Shown in pieces: positions 13,499 to 27,051 of a DNA stretch of 64,000 bases (position 1 is the stretch's first letter; every line of letters begins with the position of its first letter). Origin of the DNA: Octopus vulgaris (Eukaryota); NCBI GenBank assembly GCA_951406725.2, contig OX597830.1, forward strand, positions 40,610,001 through 40,674,000. Reading direction: 5' to 3'. A model generated the notes under the pieces. The model made no database searches. It was not told the origin of the DNA and saw only the letters and a program-made list of their open reading frames with translations. The position numbers and the translations under genes were made by a program.

Positions 13499-13860
13499 GT
13501 TACCTTCGCCTTTACTAAGGTGGAGGTATTGTTTTCGGTCACATTTGTTAGTTTGTCCACGGACAAGCTATCTCAATGGATGAATTCAGATGAAACTTTC
13601 AAGGATGTTTGACCTCATGACTGGCACAACCTGATTAGATTTTGGGATTGATCCAGTACTAGACAAGGATTCTGGATTATTTTTCCTGTTTTTCTTACTT
13701 AATTTTTGAGAGCACTCAGGTTCGTTTTTAGCACTCTCATTTGTGAGAGCAGTTGAGTTTATTTCAGACATTCTCATTTTAAAAATAATCTCTGGGTAAT
13801 CATTGAGAGGACGTTGGTGTTGCCTTGGCAGAATTTTGTGCTCTCTGAGTGCTTTTGTTT
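13499..13860 (+). mobile_element. Helentron-associated non-autonomous element (DINE-1/HINE-like)
   Basis: 5' TTACCTTCGCC..AAGGTGGAGGTATTGTTTTCGGT, central GATGAAACTTT..ATTAGATTTTGGGATTGATCC, 3' CCTTGGCAGA..GCTCTCTGAGTGC hairpin followed by a T-run. Confidence 0.6.
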
Positions 13861-15751
13861 TTCTTGTATTGGCCCAGATCAAACAGAGCCTGTGATCAAA
13901 GGCATTGATTCCATTTATGACTATCCAATCTTCTTGTCAAGCACAGTATATCTAGGACTACATTATCCAATGTATCCTCTCTTGTGCAAGATAGGAGGGT
14001 GTGTGATATGCAGGAGACTCAGTTAATGTTTCTAGCAGGTCACACATACACATAAGGATTGTTGTTGGCATGTTTAGCTTCAATTCAGTTCTGACCAAAG
14101 GCATTCCAGTCATGACCAACCCATTAAAAATATCTAGGCCTACACTGCCCAACATGTCCTTTCCATATTTAAAATGCAAGGCTGTAATTTGAGGGAGATT
14201 TGGCCACTAATTTTTATAATTAGTTTGCAAGGTCCAGGTTACATATTGGCAGCCCTTGTTGGTTCACAATAGGGGCCCACACAACTGAATAGAGGAATAC
14301 AGTCACGGTAGACTATGTATATCCTTCGGAGTCGGATAAATTTAATAGCCGTAATATATTGAGGTAAATTCAATCAACTGTATGATAATCTCTTCTCTGT
14401 CTCCATGGAAGTCAAGCGAAATTAATATTTTGGACACCATATTCTAAGAAACAAAGAAAGAGAGGAAGAGGAGGGGGAGAAGGAGTGAAAAAAAGATAAA
14501 GGAAGGTAACTTGAAGGATTAAATATGGTGGAGGACCTATTTTGTTTTTATTTTATTTTTAGTTATATATCTCTTTATTATTATTATTATTATTATTGTT
14601 ATTATTATTATTATTACTATTATTCTTTTCTTTTTTTTTTGGACTGTCATCACAAGAATATGAAAAATAATAACTTCTAAAGAATTCTTATGGATATATA
14701 GGAATATTCAGCTTCAAAAAGCAAAAAAAAAAAAAAATACAAAGAAACCGAAAACAAAAAAAAACAAAAAAAACAAAACCAGAACATGAAGAAACATCTC
14801 GAAGAATTTCAGAAACAATGCAAAAAAAAACCCCCAGAATGATAAAAGATGAAATCACTTTTCTACAAGAATAAAGATTAGATGTTATAGGATAATGTCA
14901 TGATTTTGGTGGGTGGGTGGGTGGAAGTTCTTTGTTGTGTTCTTGTTTGTTCTTTCTTTCTTTCTTTTTTTCCCCCTTTTACATTGTATAATATATCCTT
15001 TGTTGGCATGGTTAGCTACAATATAACTTTTGAGATCAAAAAGATATCCATAGTAACCACCATTAGATTAGCTTAGTATTCATTATTTTTGGGGGGGGGA
15101 TTCTTAATTTTTTTTTTTTTTTTTCATTTTTCTTTAAATCTGAAGAATTGTTTTACTTTTTTTCCCCCACTCTGATTCCTGAAATAATGTCACCACCACC
15201 ACTGTCACAGCCATCACCGCCAACATCACTGCAAGCAACCATTGCCACCAACACCACCACCACCATTATCCCCCAGCCTACACAACCTTGTCTCTGATAA
15301 CAACATCACCACCACTACCACTACCATCAACACACTGTTGTTGAAAGTGTTAATATCACCACCAGCGTCACCACCACCACCACCACCACCACCATCAACA
15401 CACTGTCGTTGAAAGTGTTAATACCACCACCACCACCAACACTGCTACTACCGGCACCTTTGCCATCGAGACCAATGCTATTTATTGCTTGTGGCACTTC
15501 CACTGTCGCACCAATTGGTGGCACCGTTTATCATCCCCACTGCCACCATCACCACAATCCACTACCAACGTCACCTAAAACCACACTTTTATGAGAAAAA
15601 GAGACAAACATGCCGGTAATGGAACATTAGAGAGAAATTTAATCCCATGGGCACAACGAAATCAAAACAAACGGAAAGCAATTTTTTTAAGGTAAATAAA
15701 TTGAAAGTGTGTGTGTGAGGGGCATAATATGTATAAGATATAATAAGCATA

Positions 15752-15912
15752 TAGACACGGGAGTGGCTGTGTGGTAAGTAGCTTGCTTACCAACCACATG
15801 GTTCCAAGTTCAGTTTCACTGGGTGGCACCTTGGGCAAGTGTCTTCTACTATAGCCTCAGGCGAATTAAAGCCTGAGTGGATTTGATAGATGGAAACTGA
15901 AAGAAGCCCATC

Positions 15913-15950
<38 letters not shown>

Positions 15951-16152
15951 GTTTGTGTGTCTGTGCTTGTCCCCACACCATCGCTTGACAACCGATGCTG
16001 GTGTGTTTATGTCCCCATAACTTAGCAGTTTGGCAAACAAGACTGATAGAATAAGTACTAGGATTACAAAGAATAATTCCTGGGATCAATTTGTTCAACT
16101 AAAGGTGGTGCTCCAGCATGGCTGTAATCAAATGACTGAAACAAAAGAATAA
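15752..16152 (+). mobile_element. SINE family A, full length
   Basis: Head, (TA)n linker and tail are colinear with the 1662-2052 copy. Confidence 0.85.
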
Positions 16153-16223
16153 AAAAATGTGTGAATATGTGTGTGTGTGTATGCATATATATATGTATAT
16201 ATTTGTGTATGTATGCATATATA

Positions 16224-16272
<49 letters not shown>

Positions 16273-16775
16273 TCACACATAGACACACACATACATACAT
16301 GTATGCGAAGAAATGAAAGAAAAAGTAGCACTCAATACAATGCATGAGGTAAGTATTTAATAACAATTTGATTCACCTTCACGTTACTTTCATAGGCACA
16401 TACCTCCACCTATGAAACTTTAAGTACTATGGAGCTGAGTTAAGCCATTACTATATATAGAAATGCATGTGTGTGTGTGTGCGTGCCCGCACATGTGTGT
16501 GTGTGTGTGTGTGTGTAATTGTCATTATTATTATTGTTTTAGTTCCACTTTTCCATGCGTGCATGGGTCAGATGGAATTTGTTGAGGTGGATTTTCTATG
16601 GTCAGTTGTGCTTCCCATCACCAGCCTTCACCTGTTTCCAATCAAGCTAATATTTCCCAAGGCCAAACATGATTTTCATAGAAGTCCAATGTTTGTTTAC
16701 ACCCATCACATGATGTCTAGACAAGAGTAAACACAAACCCATAGACACAGATATATACAGACAAACACAGACACA

Positions 16776-16835
<60 letters not shown>

Positions 16836-18182
16836 TGTGTGTGTGTATCAGCAACAATGAGGCTACCAAGCAACTTGCAGGACAAGACGCCTCTCCTAGT
16901 GGGAGCAAATTTAATGGACAGAAAAGATGTCTTGCGTCAGAAGGGAAACATGACTACCTGAGATGGGTAGACCAAGAGGAAATAAATAAATAAATATATA
17001 TATATATTTATATAACAGTTTTTATATAATGTTATATAAAAAAAAAATTTCACATTAAATTGAAGGTCACTCATTACTTTGAAGTAGAGTTCATAATGAT
17101 TAATTTTCATTAAGGACGGTCTGACAGTAATTGTGAAGGTTCAGCTTCACAGCCATCACCAGACTGATGATGACCATTGAGCGAAAGCTTCAAAGTTACA
17201 GTCCACCTTTTCCATGTAAGAACTGATATTATCACCATCATCAACATCATCATCATCACTCACCATATGTACTCCAACACACACATACACATGCTAATAT
17301 TGAACAGTAAGAATAAGCGCTGGATACTACATTGGTGGACAAATATTTTTTAATTGTGGGTCATCAAGACTATCATTTTGGAGACGGATACCAATATTTC
17401 CATGTGGTAGGTCTGATAATTGTTAAGAGACCCCACTTACAGGAAACAATTGGTAGCCTCAACAAAATAAAGTGTATACATGTGTGTGTGTGTGTGAGTG
17501 TGTGTGTGTGTGTGTGTATGTGTGTGTGTGTGTGTGTGTGTGCATGTATGCATACAAATATATCAATGTTTGTGTTTAAATCAGTTTATCTGTTTCTACA
17601 TAAAAAGAATTTAACATTAAACTGAAGAATTACTCAATACAATTTAGTAGAGTACTGTCAACCTTTTCTAGCTAAAAATCAATAAATGTGTATGTGTGTG
17701 CATAGCAATAAAATGACATCACAACAAATACATTGAACCTATTAAAAATACACAAAGCACACAAATTATATCATAGGAATTAAATGCATACTAACTATGG
17801 AGAAAATGAATACATTATCAAAAGCTTCAGAAAGAAGAAGACAAAAGGCGTTGCACAAAACAATAAATCAACACTAACATCATCATCATCATCATCATCA
17901 TCATCGTCACCACCACCACCACCACCATCATCATCATATTAATGTCGTCTTTTTCATGGTTGCATAGATTGGATGAAATTTTGTTGAAGGCAGATTATCT
18001 ACAGCTGGATGCCTTTCCTGCTGCCAGCTCTTATTTGATTCCAAGTAAGATAATGTTTCTCAATGACCAGACATGTTTTCACAGAAGATTGGAAACGAGG
18101 GACACCCCTTGCATGACAGTGGCACTCATTTACAACTATCACACTGTGTCAAGCCAAGGAGACAGTAACACACACACACATG

Positions 18183-18218
<36 letters not shown>

Positions 18219-18259
18219 AACAAACAAACAAACACAAACACAGACATATTGATATTCTT

Positions 18260-18672
18260 TTATTCTTTAACTTGTTTCAGTCATTTGACTGTGGCCATGC
18301 TGGGCACCACCTTTTAGCTGAAGAAATTGAGTCAAGAACTTATTCTTTGTAAACCTCGTACTTATTCTATCAATTTCTTTTGTTGAACTGCTAAGGTATG
18401 AGGACATAAGCACACCAACATCGGTTGTCAGGTGATGATGGTGGGGAACAAACACAGACACAAAGACAAATCTATACATACGTACATACATATATATATA
18501 TATATACAATGGGCTTCTTTTCAGTTTCCATCTACCAAACCCACTCACAAGGCTTTGGTTGGCCTGAGGCTATAGTAGAAGACATTTGTCCCAGGTGCCA
18601 CACAGTGAGACTGAACCTGGAACCATGTGGTTGGTAAGCAAGCTCCTTACCACACAGCCACACCTGTGCCTA
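18260..18672 (-). mobile_element. SINE family A, full length
   Basis: Colinear with the other family A copies. Confidence 0.85.
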
Positions 18673-18674
18673 TA

Positions 18675-19377
18675 TATGAGAAGTAAAAAATTAGCTGCAC
18701 TTTCACTATAACATATCATTATTATTGTCACACTGCATTCTGCACATGCATACTTATAGTTGGTACTACTGTGATGATATAATCAGAGTTTGAGCCTGAT
18801 CATGTCATTTTTCTTTCTGGCTTTACTGTGTAAGCATGGCTGCTCCACTACGAATGTGCACCAAAGAGGAACAAAGAGCAGTGATGCAATTTGTCTGGAA
18901 AAGGGGTGTACGATCAGCAGTGCAAGATACCATGCTTTGCTGGCCAACAAACTGAAGGCAGCAATTTGCACCAAGCACCGAAGCCTATTGCTGAAGAAAC
19001 GTTTGTTGTTGTATGACAATACACACCCACACACGGCTGCCCAGACTGTTCAAACCATTAACCAATTGGGTTTTGAGGTGCAGGAACACCCTACCTACAG
19101 CCCAGATCTTGTCCCTTCCAACTATCATATCTTTGGACTGCTCAAAGATGGTTCATGAGGTCATCGATTTCCTATAGATGAAGAAGAGAAGGAAGCAGTG
19201 CACAACCAACCAAAAACCTTCTTCTTAGAGGGAATACACATGTTTGTGGACCACTGGACCAAGCACATCGAAAATGAATGAGATTATATAGAAAAATTAT
19301 GTACTTGTTTATCCTCTGCTTTTGTGTAAATACATTGAAAAAACAAGAGTGCATATAATTTTTGACTCCCCCTTGTA
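18675..19377 (+). mobile_element. Internally deleted mariner (DD34D) element with both TIRs
   Basis: ATG at 18836 gives MAAPLRMCTKEEQRAVMQF, joined directly to LEKGCTISSARY..LLLYDNTHPHTA..HPTYSPDLVPSNYHIFG. Termini tatgagaagtaaaaaattagctgcac and gtgcatataatttttgactcccccttgta. Confidence 0.85.
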
Positions 19378-19384
19378 TATATAT

Positions 19385-19548
19385 ATATTTTTTCATTCTC
19401 TCTGTATATTTTCTCTTATTCCTTTCTGTTGAAGAGTGTAGGCTCAACATGCAACAGACTTTTTCATTCTCATGAGCATCAAACCATTACACTTGCTTGT
19501 TGTTCATACACCTGTCTTTGTCTTGTTTTTCTATAAATTCCAACTATA
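19385..19548 (+). mobile_element. PLE-like terminal fragment with a decayed CTGTTGA-type hammerhead motif (19421-19458)
   Basis: Reverse-complement homologue of 55776-55935. Reads cttt CTGTTGA A GAGT gtag GCTC (aaca). Confidence 0.55.
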
Positions 19549-19565
19549 GATATACATATATGTAT

Positions 19566-19615
<50 letters not shown>

Positions 19616-19815
19616 AGAGAGAGGGGGAAAGACAGAAGCAGAGTGATAGAGGAATGGAAATAAATAGATATACATGTATATGGGTGGGTATGAATATATG
19701 AATTTATATACACACACATACACACATATAAGTATATACGTGTGCTTGTGTATATTTTTGAAACTGTGTAGTTGGGAAGCAAACTTCTTAACACATAACC
19801 ACACCTATACCTAAC

Positions 19816-19890
<75 letters not shown>

Positions 19891-20370
19891 AGATGAGAGA
19901 ATACAAAGGTAATTAATAAATTATTCTTTATTAATTAATAAATTTACAAACATCCCTTACAAACATCCCGGGCTCTCAGAAAATTAATTAATTAATTAAA
20001 TTAAAAATTATTTGAAAGCTGAATCTCTTCAGAGGTAGATAAAGGTATACAAAGTCGATGTTCAATTTCCTCACATTGAGTAAACGGCTGCAAACCATTA
20101 ACTATATATATATATATATCAAAAGGATCAAAGGTCCGTGGTGGATATATTTTTCCCCTGGATGGGAAGCCAGGGCATCGCAAGATTTCATGTTTGCCTG
20201 CTGAGTGGAATGGAGCAGTGTAAAATAAAGCATTTGGCTCAACAACTCAATTCATCACCTTCTTGAAGAACTACAACCTTTATATTGTGATATGAGTGCA
20301 ACACCCTTCCTTACCACTAACCTACACACTGCCACTAATATACACATATACATGTCTGTGTGTGTGTATG

Positions 20371-20410
<40 letters not shown>

Positions 20411-21085
20411 TTAAATAAACATACAAATTTCCACACGAAAGCATGTAATCTATGCCCTAGGCACGTAACTGCAACCGTGTTTTTTCTGATGTGAATTTGC
20501 TACCCAGGTATCGGTTAATTCGAATTATCCTTAATAAGATAATTCATTCAACTACTCAAATATATATATATATATTTACATGTGTATATATATACATACA
20601 TATTTATACATATACATATATATATTTAATACGTGTATATATATATATATATATGTATATATATACATACATATATATATACACACACACACACATATAT
20701 ATATATTTGTGTGTGTGTGTGTGCATGTGTGTGTTACTTTGTCCCTTTTCAGTAAAATATTTTAACAATACAACCGAATAGCTTTGTTTTGCCTGTGTTT
20801 TTTGGGAGTTTTTTTTTTTTTTTTTACTTTTCCAAAGTGGGGTGAGTAGGGCTGTTTTTTGCAAGAATAAAACATAATATTTTAGTGCAACATTCAATAA
20901 TTGAAATTTGTTGGGAGGTCATAGGTACAGTTTCCTTATCTCAACATGCTTCCATTTCATAAAGGTGATAAATTCAGTTTTATTGGCCCTTGGCAATGTA
21001 TTTTGATTACCCTTGGATATCAATCATGTACACTTAGGTTTTTGAGAGTTATTTTGATTTTTATTTAGTTTTCATTTACTTATTG

Positions 21086-21130
<45 letters not shown>

Positions 21131-21522
21131 TGTTATTATTATTATTATTATGGTTTACACAAACTAATGCAGCAAGCTGTTGAAGACTAAAAGAAAAATA
21201 CTTAAAATGACAGCTGTTTAGTTTTACTTGCTTCTCTCTTTCTTTGTTTTATTTTGTTTTTTTGGGTTTTTTTTTTGTTTTTACCAAAAGAAAAAAAATG
21301 AAAATAAACATTCTTAATTTAATCATTATCTTGAGGGGATAGACGGGTGGAGTAGGGCAAAGTGTGGTGGGAGCAGTGTGGGTGGGTGGCGGTTAAGCAA
21401 GAGTAAGGATTTTTAAGAAGGGGAAGCAAATCGATATTTGAATGAATATGCTGTCCTCCAACCTATACCCTCAGCCCCGTCAGCCACCCTCAGTTCTCAT
21501 CTCACCCAATGAAAGATTCTAG

Positions 21523-21965
21523 ACCACCACCACCACCACCAACATCACTGCCACCATCACCACCACAACCACCACCACCATTTCCAACATCACTAACAGT
21601 AACACTACCACTGCCACCATTACCACCACTACAAGTATTACCACTGCCACCGCCAACACCACCACCAACAACACCACCACCAACACCACTACCACCAACA
21701 ACAACACCAATACCACCATCATCACCACCCACAACACGACTACCACCAGCATAACCAATATCACTAATATCACCAATACCACCACCTCTCTCACTAACAT
21801 CAGTACTACTTCTGCCACCACAACTATTATTTTCACCATCACCACCACCACCACCACCACCACCACCACCACTACCACCACCTCCACCATCGCCAGCACC
21901 TCCACCACACTATCATCACCTGCATCGCCACTGCCACCACCAGTATCAATGCCACTGTTACCATC
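21523..21965. repeat. Degenerate (ACC/ACT/ATC)n triplet tract
   Basis: Seen directly. Source of the poly-Pro, poly-Gly and poly-Val ORFs. Confidence 0.9.
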
Positions 21966-22297
21966 CCCCTTGCCAGCTTGCAAAAAGGAAATTACCTTTG
22001 CAAGATGACTTAGAGATATCAGGAAATGTATATGTGATATATATTATATATATTACATATACAGAGAGAGAGAGAGTGTGTGTATGAGATCCAACATCTA
22101 TCTCCACATTTACCTGGTGTTTGTTTGGATGTTTCTGGGGAAATTAGTTTCTGCTCTTAAGTGAGACATTATAAGGATTTACTCGCGACGTCCCTGACCT
22201 TAGCCTCCAGTTGATGGAGTGGAATGGTAGAGGGATGGTCAGGGAAGGAGTGGATTGAGAAGGATTATCCTTTGCTTTTAATCATACCTATTTATTA

Positions 22298-22525
22298 CAG
22301 TTCTATATTTAAGAGATGAGGAATTATGTACATTATTAAATTTGATGGATACTTGTCCTCATCTTGTTTGTTGTTAACACAACATTTTGGCTGATATACA
22401 CTCCAGCCTTCTTCAGGTGTCTTAGGGGAAATTCTGAACCTGGGTTCTCATTCCTAAGGTATTTTTCAATACCTATGGAAAACGGACGTTAAACGATGAT
22501 GATAATGATGATGATGATGATGATG

Positions 22526-22557
<32 letters not shown>

Positions 22558-22749
22558 CATTATTATTATTATTATTATTATTCAGGTCCATATGCCCACG
22601 GGCATATGGTGTAGTGGCTAAGATCGAGGGCTACTAATCCCAAGATTCCGAGTTCAATTCCAGGTAGTGACCTGAATAATAATAATAATAAGAAGAAGAA
22701 GAAGAAGAAAAGGAATCATAATAATAACATTGAAAAATACCTTAGGAAT
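22298..22749. mobile_element. Family D (tRNA head, (AAT)n, hammerhead tail) as a head-to-head pair; right arm cut off by a SINE A
   Basis: Minus arm 22298-22597 has the full tail but most of its head deleted. Junction is catatgccc-AC-gggcatatg. Plus arm spans 22600-22749. Confidence 0.8.
22376..22421 (-). ncRNA. Minimal type I hammerhead-like motif (family D), CpG-decayed
   Basis: gacac CTGAAGA A GGCTG-loop-CAGCC aAAA tG TT gtgtt. Stems I and II are intact; GAAACG has become AAAATG. Confidence 0.65.
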
Positions 22750-22756
22750 ATACCAA

Positions 22757-23072
22757 GGACGCAGGAGTGGCAGTGTGGTAAGAAGCTTGCTTCCCAACCA
22801 CGTGGTTCTGGGTTCAGTGTGGAAACTTGGGCAAGTGTCTACTACTATAACCTCAGGCTGACCAAAGCTTCGTGAGTGGATTTGGCAGACAGAAACAGAA
22901 AGAAGCCCATCATACATATACATACATATACATACATACATACATATATATGCATGTATGTATTTGTGCGTCCTTATCTTGCCACAGTCGCTTGACAACA
23001 AATGTTGGTGTGTTTACGTCCCTGTAACTTAGTGGTTCAGCAAAAAGAGACTAATAGAAAAAGTACTAGGCT
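22757..23072 (+). mobile_element. SINE family A, 3'-truncated
   Basis: Head GGACGCAGGAGTGGCAGTGTGGTAAG and colinear body. Confidence 0.8.
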
Positions 23073-23613
23073 GTGAGCAAATATGGTTCAGATAATATGC
23101 ACCATGCTTTCTCTAATTGCTTTAGAGGCCCCTGTAGTCATAAGTAGACGTAGACACCTTCACGTATAAGATAGGCTTCTTCCTGACACTTCCCATTTAC
23201 CAAATTCACTCATATGGTTAGCCTGGGGCTGTAGCAGAAGATATTTATTCAAAGTGCTAGGAAGTAGGACTGAACTCAAAACCATGCAATTTCAAATTAA
23301 ATTTCTCATCTACACACTCAAGCCTACACGTCTAATATGTATTTTCATTTCTCTAACCCTTTCATAACAAATTTTCTTATGAAACACACTGACAGTGCAC
23401 TTCAATTAATTTTTGAAAAAAATGAAGAATTTGGTAAAATAAATAACATATTTGTTATTAATTTGATGTTTGAAATGGAACTGAAGAAAAAGATTTCAAA
23501 AGGAACACTTAAAGATGTGTGTATTTTTATATGACAAAAATAGAGGTGGATTGGTATGAAAATGGAAGATTTGAGGAAGTCTTTTTATTTTACTTTACAT
23601 TAAGCAGTTTGGG

Positions 23614-24141
23614 CAACCATGGGGAAAACCCTGCCCATGGGCATAATTGTGCCCACGAGCTTTTATTGAGCCCACAGGCTGATATACTCGTATGTATGAA
23701 ATATAGTAATTTCTTCAATTACAAAATTTATACAATATCCATATGCCTATTTGTGACACAGGTCATGTTTCCACTTTGACTTAAAATGGTCAGACTCGAA
23801 CTGAAATCATCCAGTAATTGCCATTTGAATGGAAGTTTTGTTATCACTATAAAACACATATTGCTAGGTTTGTACCACCCCCTTGAGACCCAGCTACACT
23901 CTAGCTGAAAAATATAGAATACCGCATAAGTAATATAAATGTCCTAAATTCAGTGGCGGTGTTAATGAAGATGTTACTCATTAATTTAATGCGTTAAACT
24001 TATCTGTATTAATGTATATCGAATTATATATAGGTGTATACAAGATTTACACAGATATAAGAGTTAGAACTTGTGACCCACCTGTGGACCTTTTTCTTTG
24101 GAAATTTTTGCCTGCCACACTAAAAAGTTTCCCCACCCCTG
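23614..24141. mobile_element. hAT/Charlie-like MITE
   Basis: Right end aagtttccccacccctg. Decayed left end caaccatggggaaaacc with subterminal GCCC motifs. Confidence 0.45.
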
Positions 24142-24761
24142 ATGTAAAGGCTTGTTCATTGATTCACTAGTGTAGTTTTTGCTATAGTTGTTGCTGTTGT
24201 TGTTGCTTCTATGTTAACCCCGATCTGGCAGACCTAAAATGACCATCACATTTTATTTTCAAGACTACTAATTGAATGAAGCCTTATTTCTTTAAAGACG
24301 GAAGTGTACGTTTTAAGAAGACATGCCTGCTGCTTCTAACAGGTTCAGTGACTACATGGGGATTTGGGGTTAGTGAGTTACATTGATCTGAGTACACGAC
24401 CAGTCCTTTATTTTATCAATCACAAAAGTATAAAAGGCAAAATTAACCTCAATAGTATTTGAACTCGGAATGCAAAGAACCAGAACAAATGCTGTGAAGT
24501 AATTCTTCCAACATTATGATTGAGGTTAGAATTCAGATCATTCAATCCTAATTAACTCTGCTATGATTATATTCCTAATTAGTGGACCATGGATATGTTT
24601 CGGTTGATGTCTAACATCATCAAAAATTTGGAGGTTTTAGTAAAACATGTCTAACTCTCATATATTTGTATATAGTACATTGATTCTGAATAACTGGAAT
24701 CCTGGACATTATTTACATTATTTACATTTGATGGATATTTGTCCCCATCTTGTTTATTGTT

Positions 24762-24807
24762 AACACAACGTTTCGACTGATATACCCTCCAACCTTCATC
24801 AGATTTT
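24762..24807 (-). ncRNA. Minimal type I hammerhead-like motif (family D), core intact
   Basis: CTGATGA A GGTTG gagggtatat CAGTC GAAA CG TT gtgtt. Stem I is weakened in this copy. Confidence 0.65.
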
Positions 24808-25106
24808 TGGGGGAAATTTCGAACTTGGGTTCTCATTCCTAAGATATTTTTCAATGTTATTATTATTATTATTATTATTACTACTACTACTATTATTATT
24901 ACTACTACTACTACTATCATTCAGGTCACAGCTTGGAATTGAACTCAGAATCTTGGGGTTAGTAGCCCATGCTCTTAACCACTATGCCATATGCCTGTGG
25001 CATATGGCGTAGTGTTTAAGAGCGTGCATGTGGCTTAGTGGTTAAGAGCATGGGCTATTAACCCCAAGATTCTGAGTTCGATTCCAAGCAGTGACCTGAA
25101 TCATAG

Positions 25107-25181
<75 letters not shown>

Positions 25182-25231
25182 GCATCAAAAAATACTTTAC
25201 GCATGAGAACCCAGATTTGAAATTTCCCCAA

Positions 25232-25277
25232 GAAACCTGATGAAGGCTGGAGGGTATATCAACCAAAATGTTGTATT
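25232..25277 (+). ncRNA. Minimal hammerhead-like motif (family D), CpG-decayed
   Basis: gaaac CTGATGA A GGCTG gagggtatat CAACC aAAA tG TT gtatt. Confidence 0.55.
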
Positions 25278-25374
25278 AACAACAAACAAGAGGAGGACAA
25301 ATGTAAATATTGTAAATAATGTACATAAGTCCTCATCTCTTAAATATAGAACTGTGGAATCCTGGAATCTTACA

Positions 25375-25615
25375 TTATTGCCATTTAAAAAGCACTAGTG
25401 TTGGTACCAAATAAAGAGCACCTGTGCTGGTATCAGATAGAAAGCAGCGATGTTGGCGCCACATAAAAAGCACTTGGTGTACTTTGTAAAGTGGTTGGCA
25501 TAGAAACCATACCAAAACAGACGACTGGAGACTGATGCAGCCCTCTGGGTTGCAGGCTCCTGTCAAACCATCCAACCCATGCCAGCATGGAAAAACAGAC
25601 ATTAAATGATGATGA
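25375..25615 (+). mobile_element. Family C 3' part
   Basis: AAAAGCAC units followed by AACCCATGCCAGCATGGAAAAACAGACATTAAATGATGATG. Confidence 0.7.
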
Positions 25616-25804
25616 GGAGGAGGAAAAGGAGGAGGAGGAGGAGGGAGAGGGGGTAGAGGGGGATGTTGGAATGAGATTTTGATTGATATATTTATTTAAA
25701 TATGAACACTAAAATATAAGTAGTCCCAGTTGGGGGTTGATATTAACAAGGTTCAAAGATCTGATGCTTCACATCAACAGCTACAATAGAACAAAAGGAA
25801 AGAA

Positions 25805-25870
<66 letters not shown>

Positions 25871-27015
25871 CGTGTGTGTGTGTGAGCGTGTGTGTATGTG
25901 TGTGCATGCGCACGCGCAATGAACAATGTGCCAAGAGTGTCTCTTGACTGAGTTTTAATTCCCAGATGTAACGACTTCACTTCGTTCACGACATTAATTT
26001 ATTTGGGAATTGTGCATGAACACCATCTAATCTCCATACAGAACCCACCCTCCCCTATAAATTTGAAGCAATAGCTTTATATGAAAGAAGTTATTAAAAT
26101 ATTTTTAAAACATTGATAATGGATGTACTTTGAATACGAATTAAAATGAAAAATAGTTATATTTACGCATGTTTGTGTCTATTTATGTGGGTGTAAGTGC
26201 TTGCACTGTGTCTCTACCCAGCAATGCATGCATGCATGTGTGTTTGTGCGTGTATGTATATATATGTGTGCATACATGTGTGTGCGTATATGTATGTAAG
26301 CAAGTGCTTAATTTGACTCCCAAACATAAAGAAAAATAATAATTCTTGTGACACAGCCTTATACACAAAGACATAAATGATATATTCTCATTGCAGTGTA
26401 TTGAAAATTATACACAAACAAATTATGTGTAGTTAAGAAATATTTATGCACCTGCTAAAGGGAATTAGAAATAAGTGAAGGGATATAAATAACAACAACA
26501 ACAACAACAGCAACAACGGCACAACAACAGAAACATACAAACAAAAGCAAATTACGTTTTTTTTTTTCGTTTTTTTACCCCCTCTTTTTGTCTCCCCCCC
26601 CTTTTTTTTCTTCTTTTTTGCCAATTATCTCTTCTCTGTTTGAAAATCTTCTTGCTGTTATGTAAAGATTTCATTCTCCTGAAAATATTATACATTTATA
26701 AACTAACTCATTAACTTCATCTTCAAAAATAATAATAATAATAATAATAAATAAATAAATAAAGATTGAATGTTTACACAACTATATAAGGTAATACATT
26801 CGTTTCTTTCTAATTAACTTCCCCAGATATCAATAAACATGAAAAGACTATAAATTAGTTTTTTAATAGGATTTTGTCAACCTGACAGAACTAGAAAGTC
26901 ATTAGACATATGAGCTTTGCAGATTCCTGAAGGTTGCGACTCTGTGGAAATTAGTTTAGCCAGTTGCCAATTAAAATCCTTCATAAATATACACTTCATT
27001 GAATGATAAAAATAA

Positions 27016-27051
<36 letters not shown>

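Larger units (their letters stand above)
24707..25354. mobile_element. Family D head-to-head palindromic insertion with a 12-bp TSD
   Basis: Minus arm 24707-24995 and plus arm 24999-25354. tggaatcctgga occurs at 24695-24706 and 25355-25366. A-box TGGCGTAGTG and B-box GAGTTCGATTC lie in the head. Confidence 0.85.

Noticed and set aside
17160-17195. CTGATGA TG..C GAAAGCTT
   Set aside because: Both core words and a palindrome are present, but stem II has only one pair and stem I does not form.
20480-20550. CTGATGT GAATT..AATTC GAAT in a (TA)n-flanked island
   Set aside because: Two core substitutions and no stem I; kept only as part of the TA-island observation.
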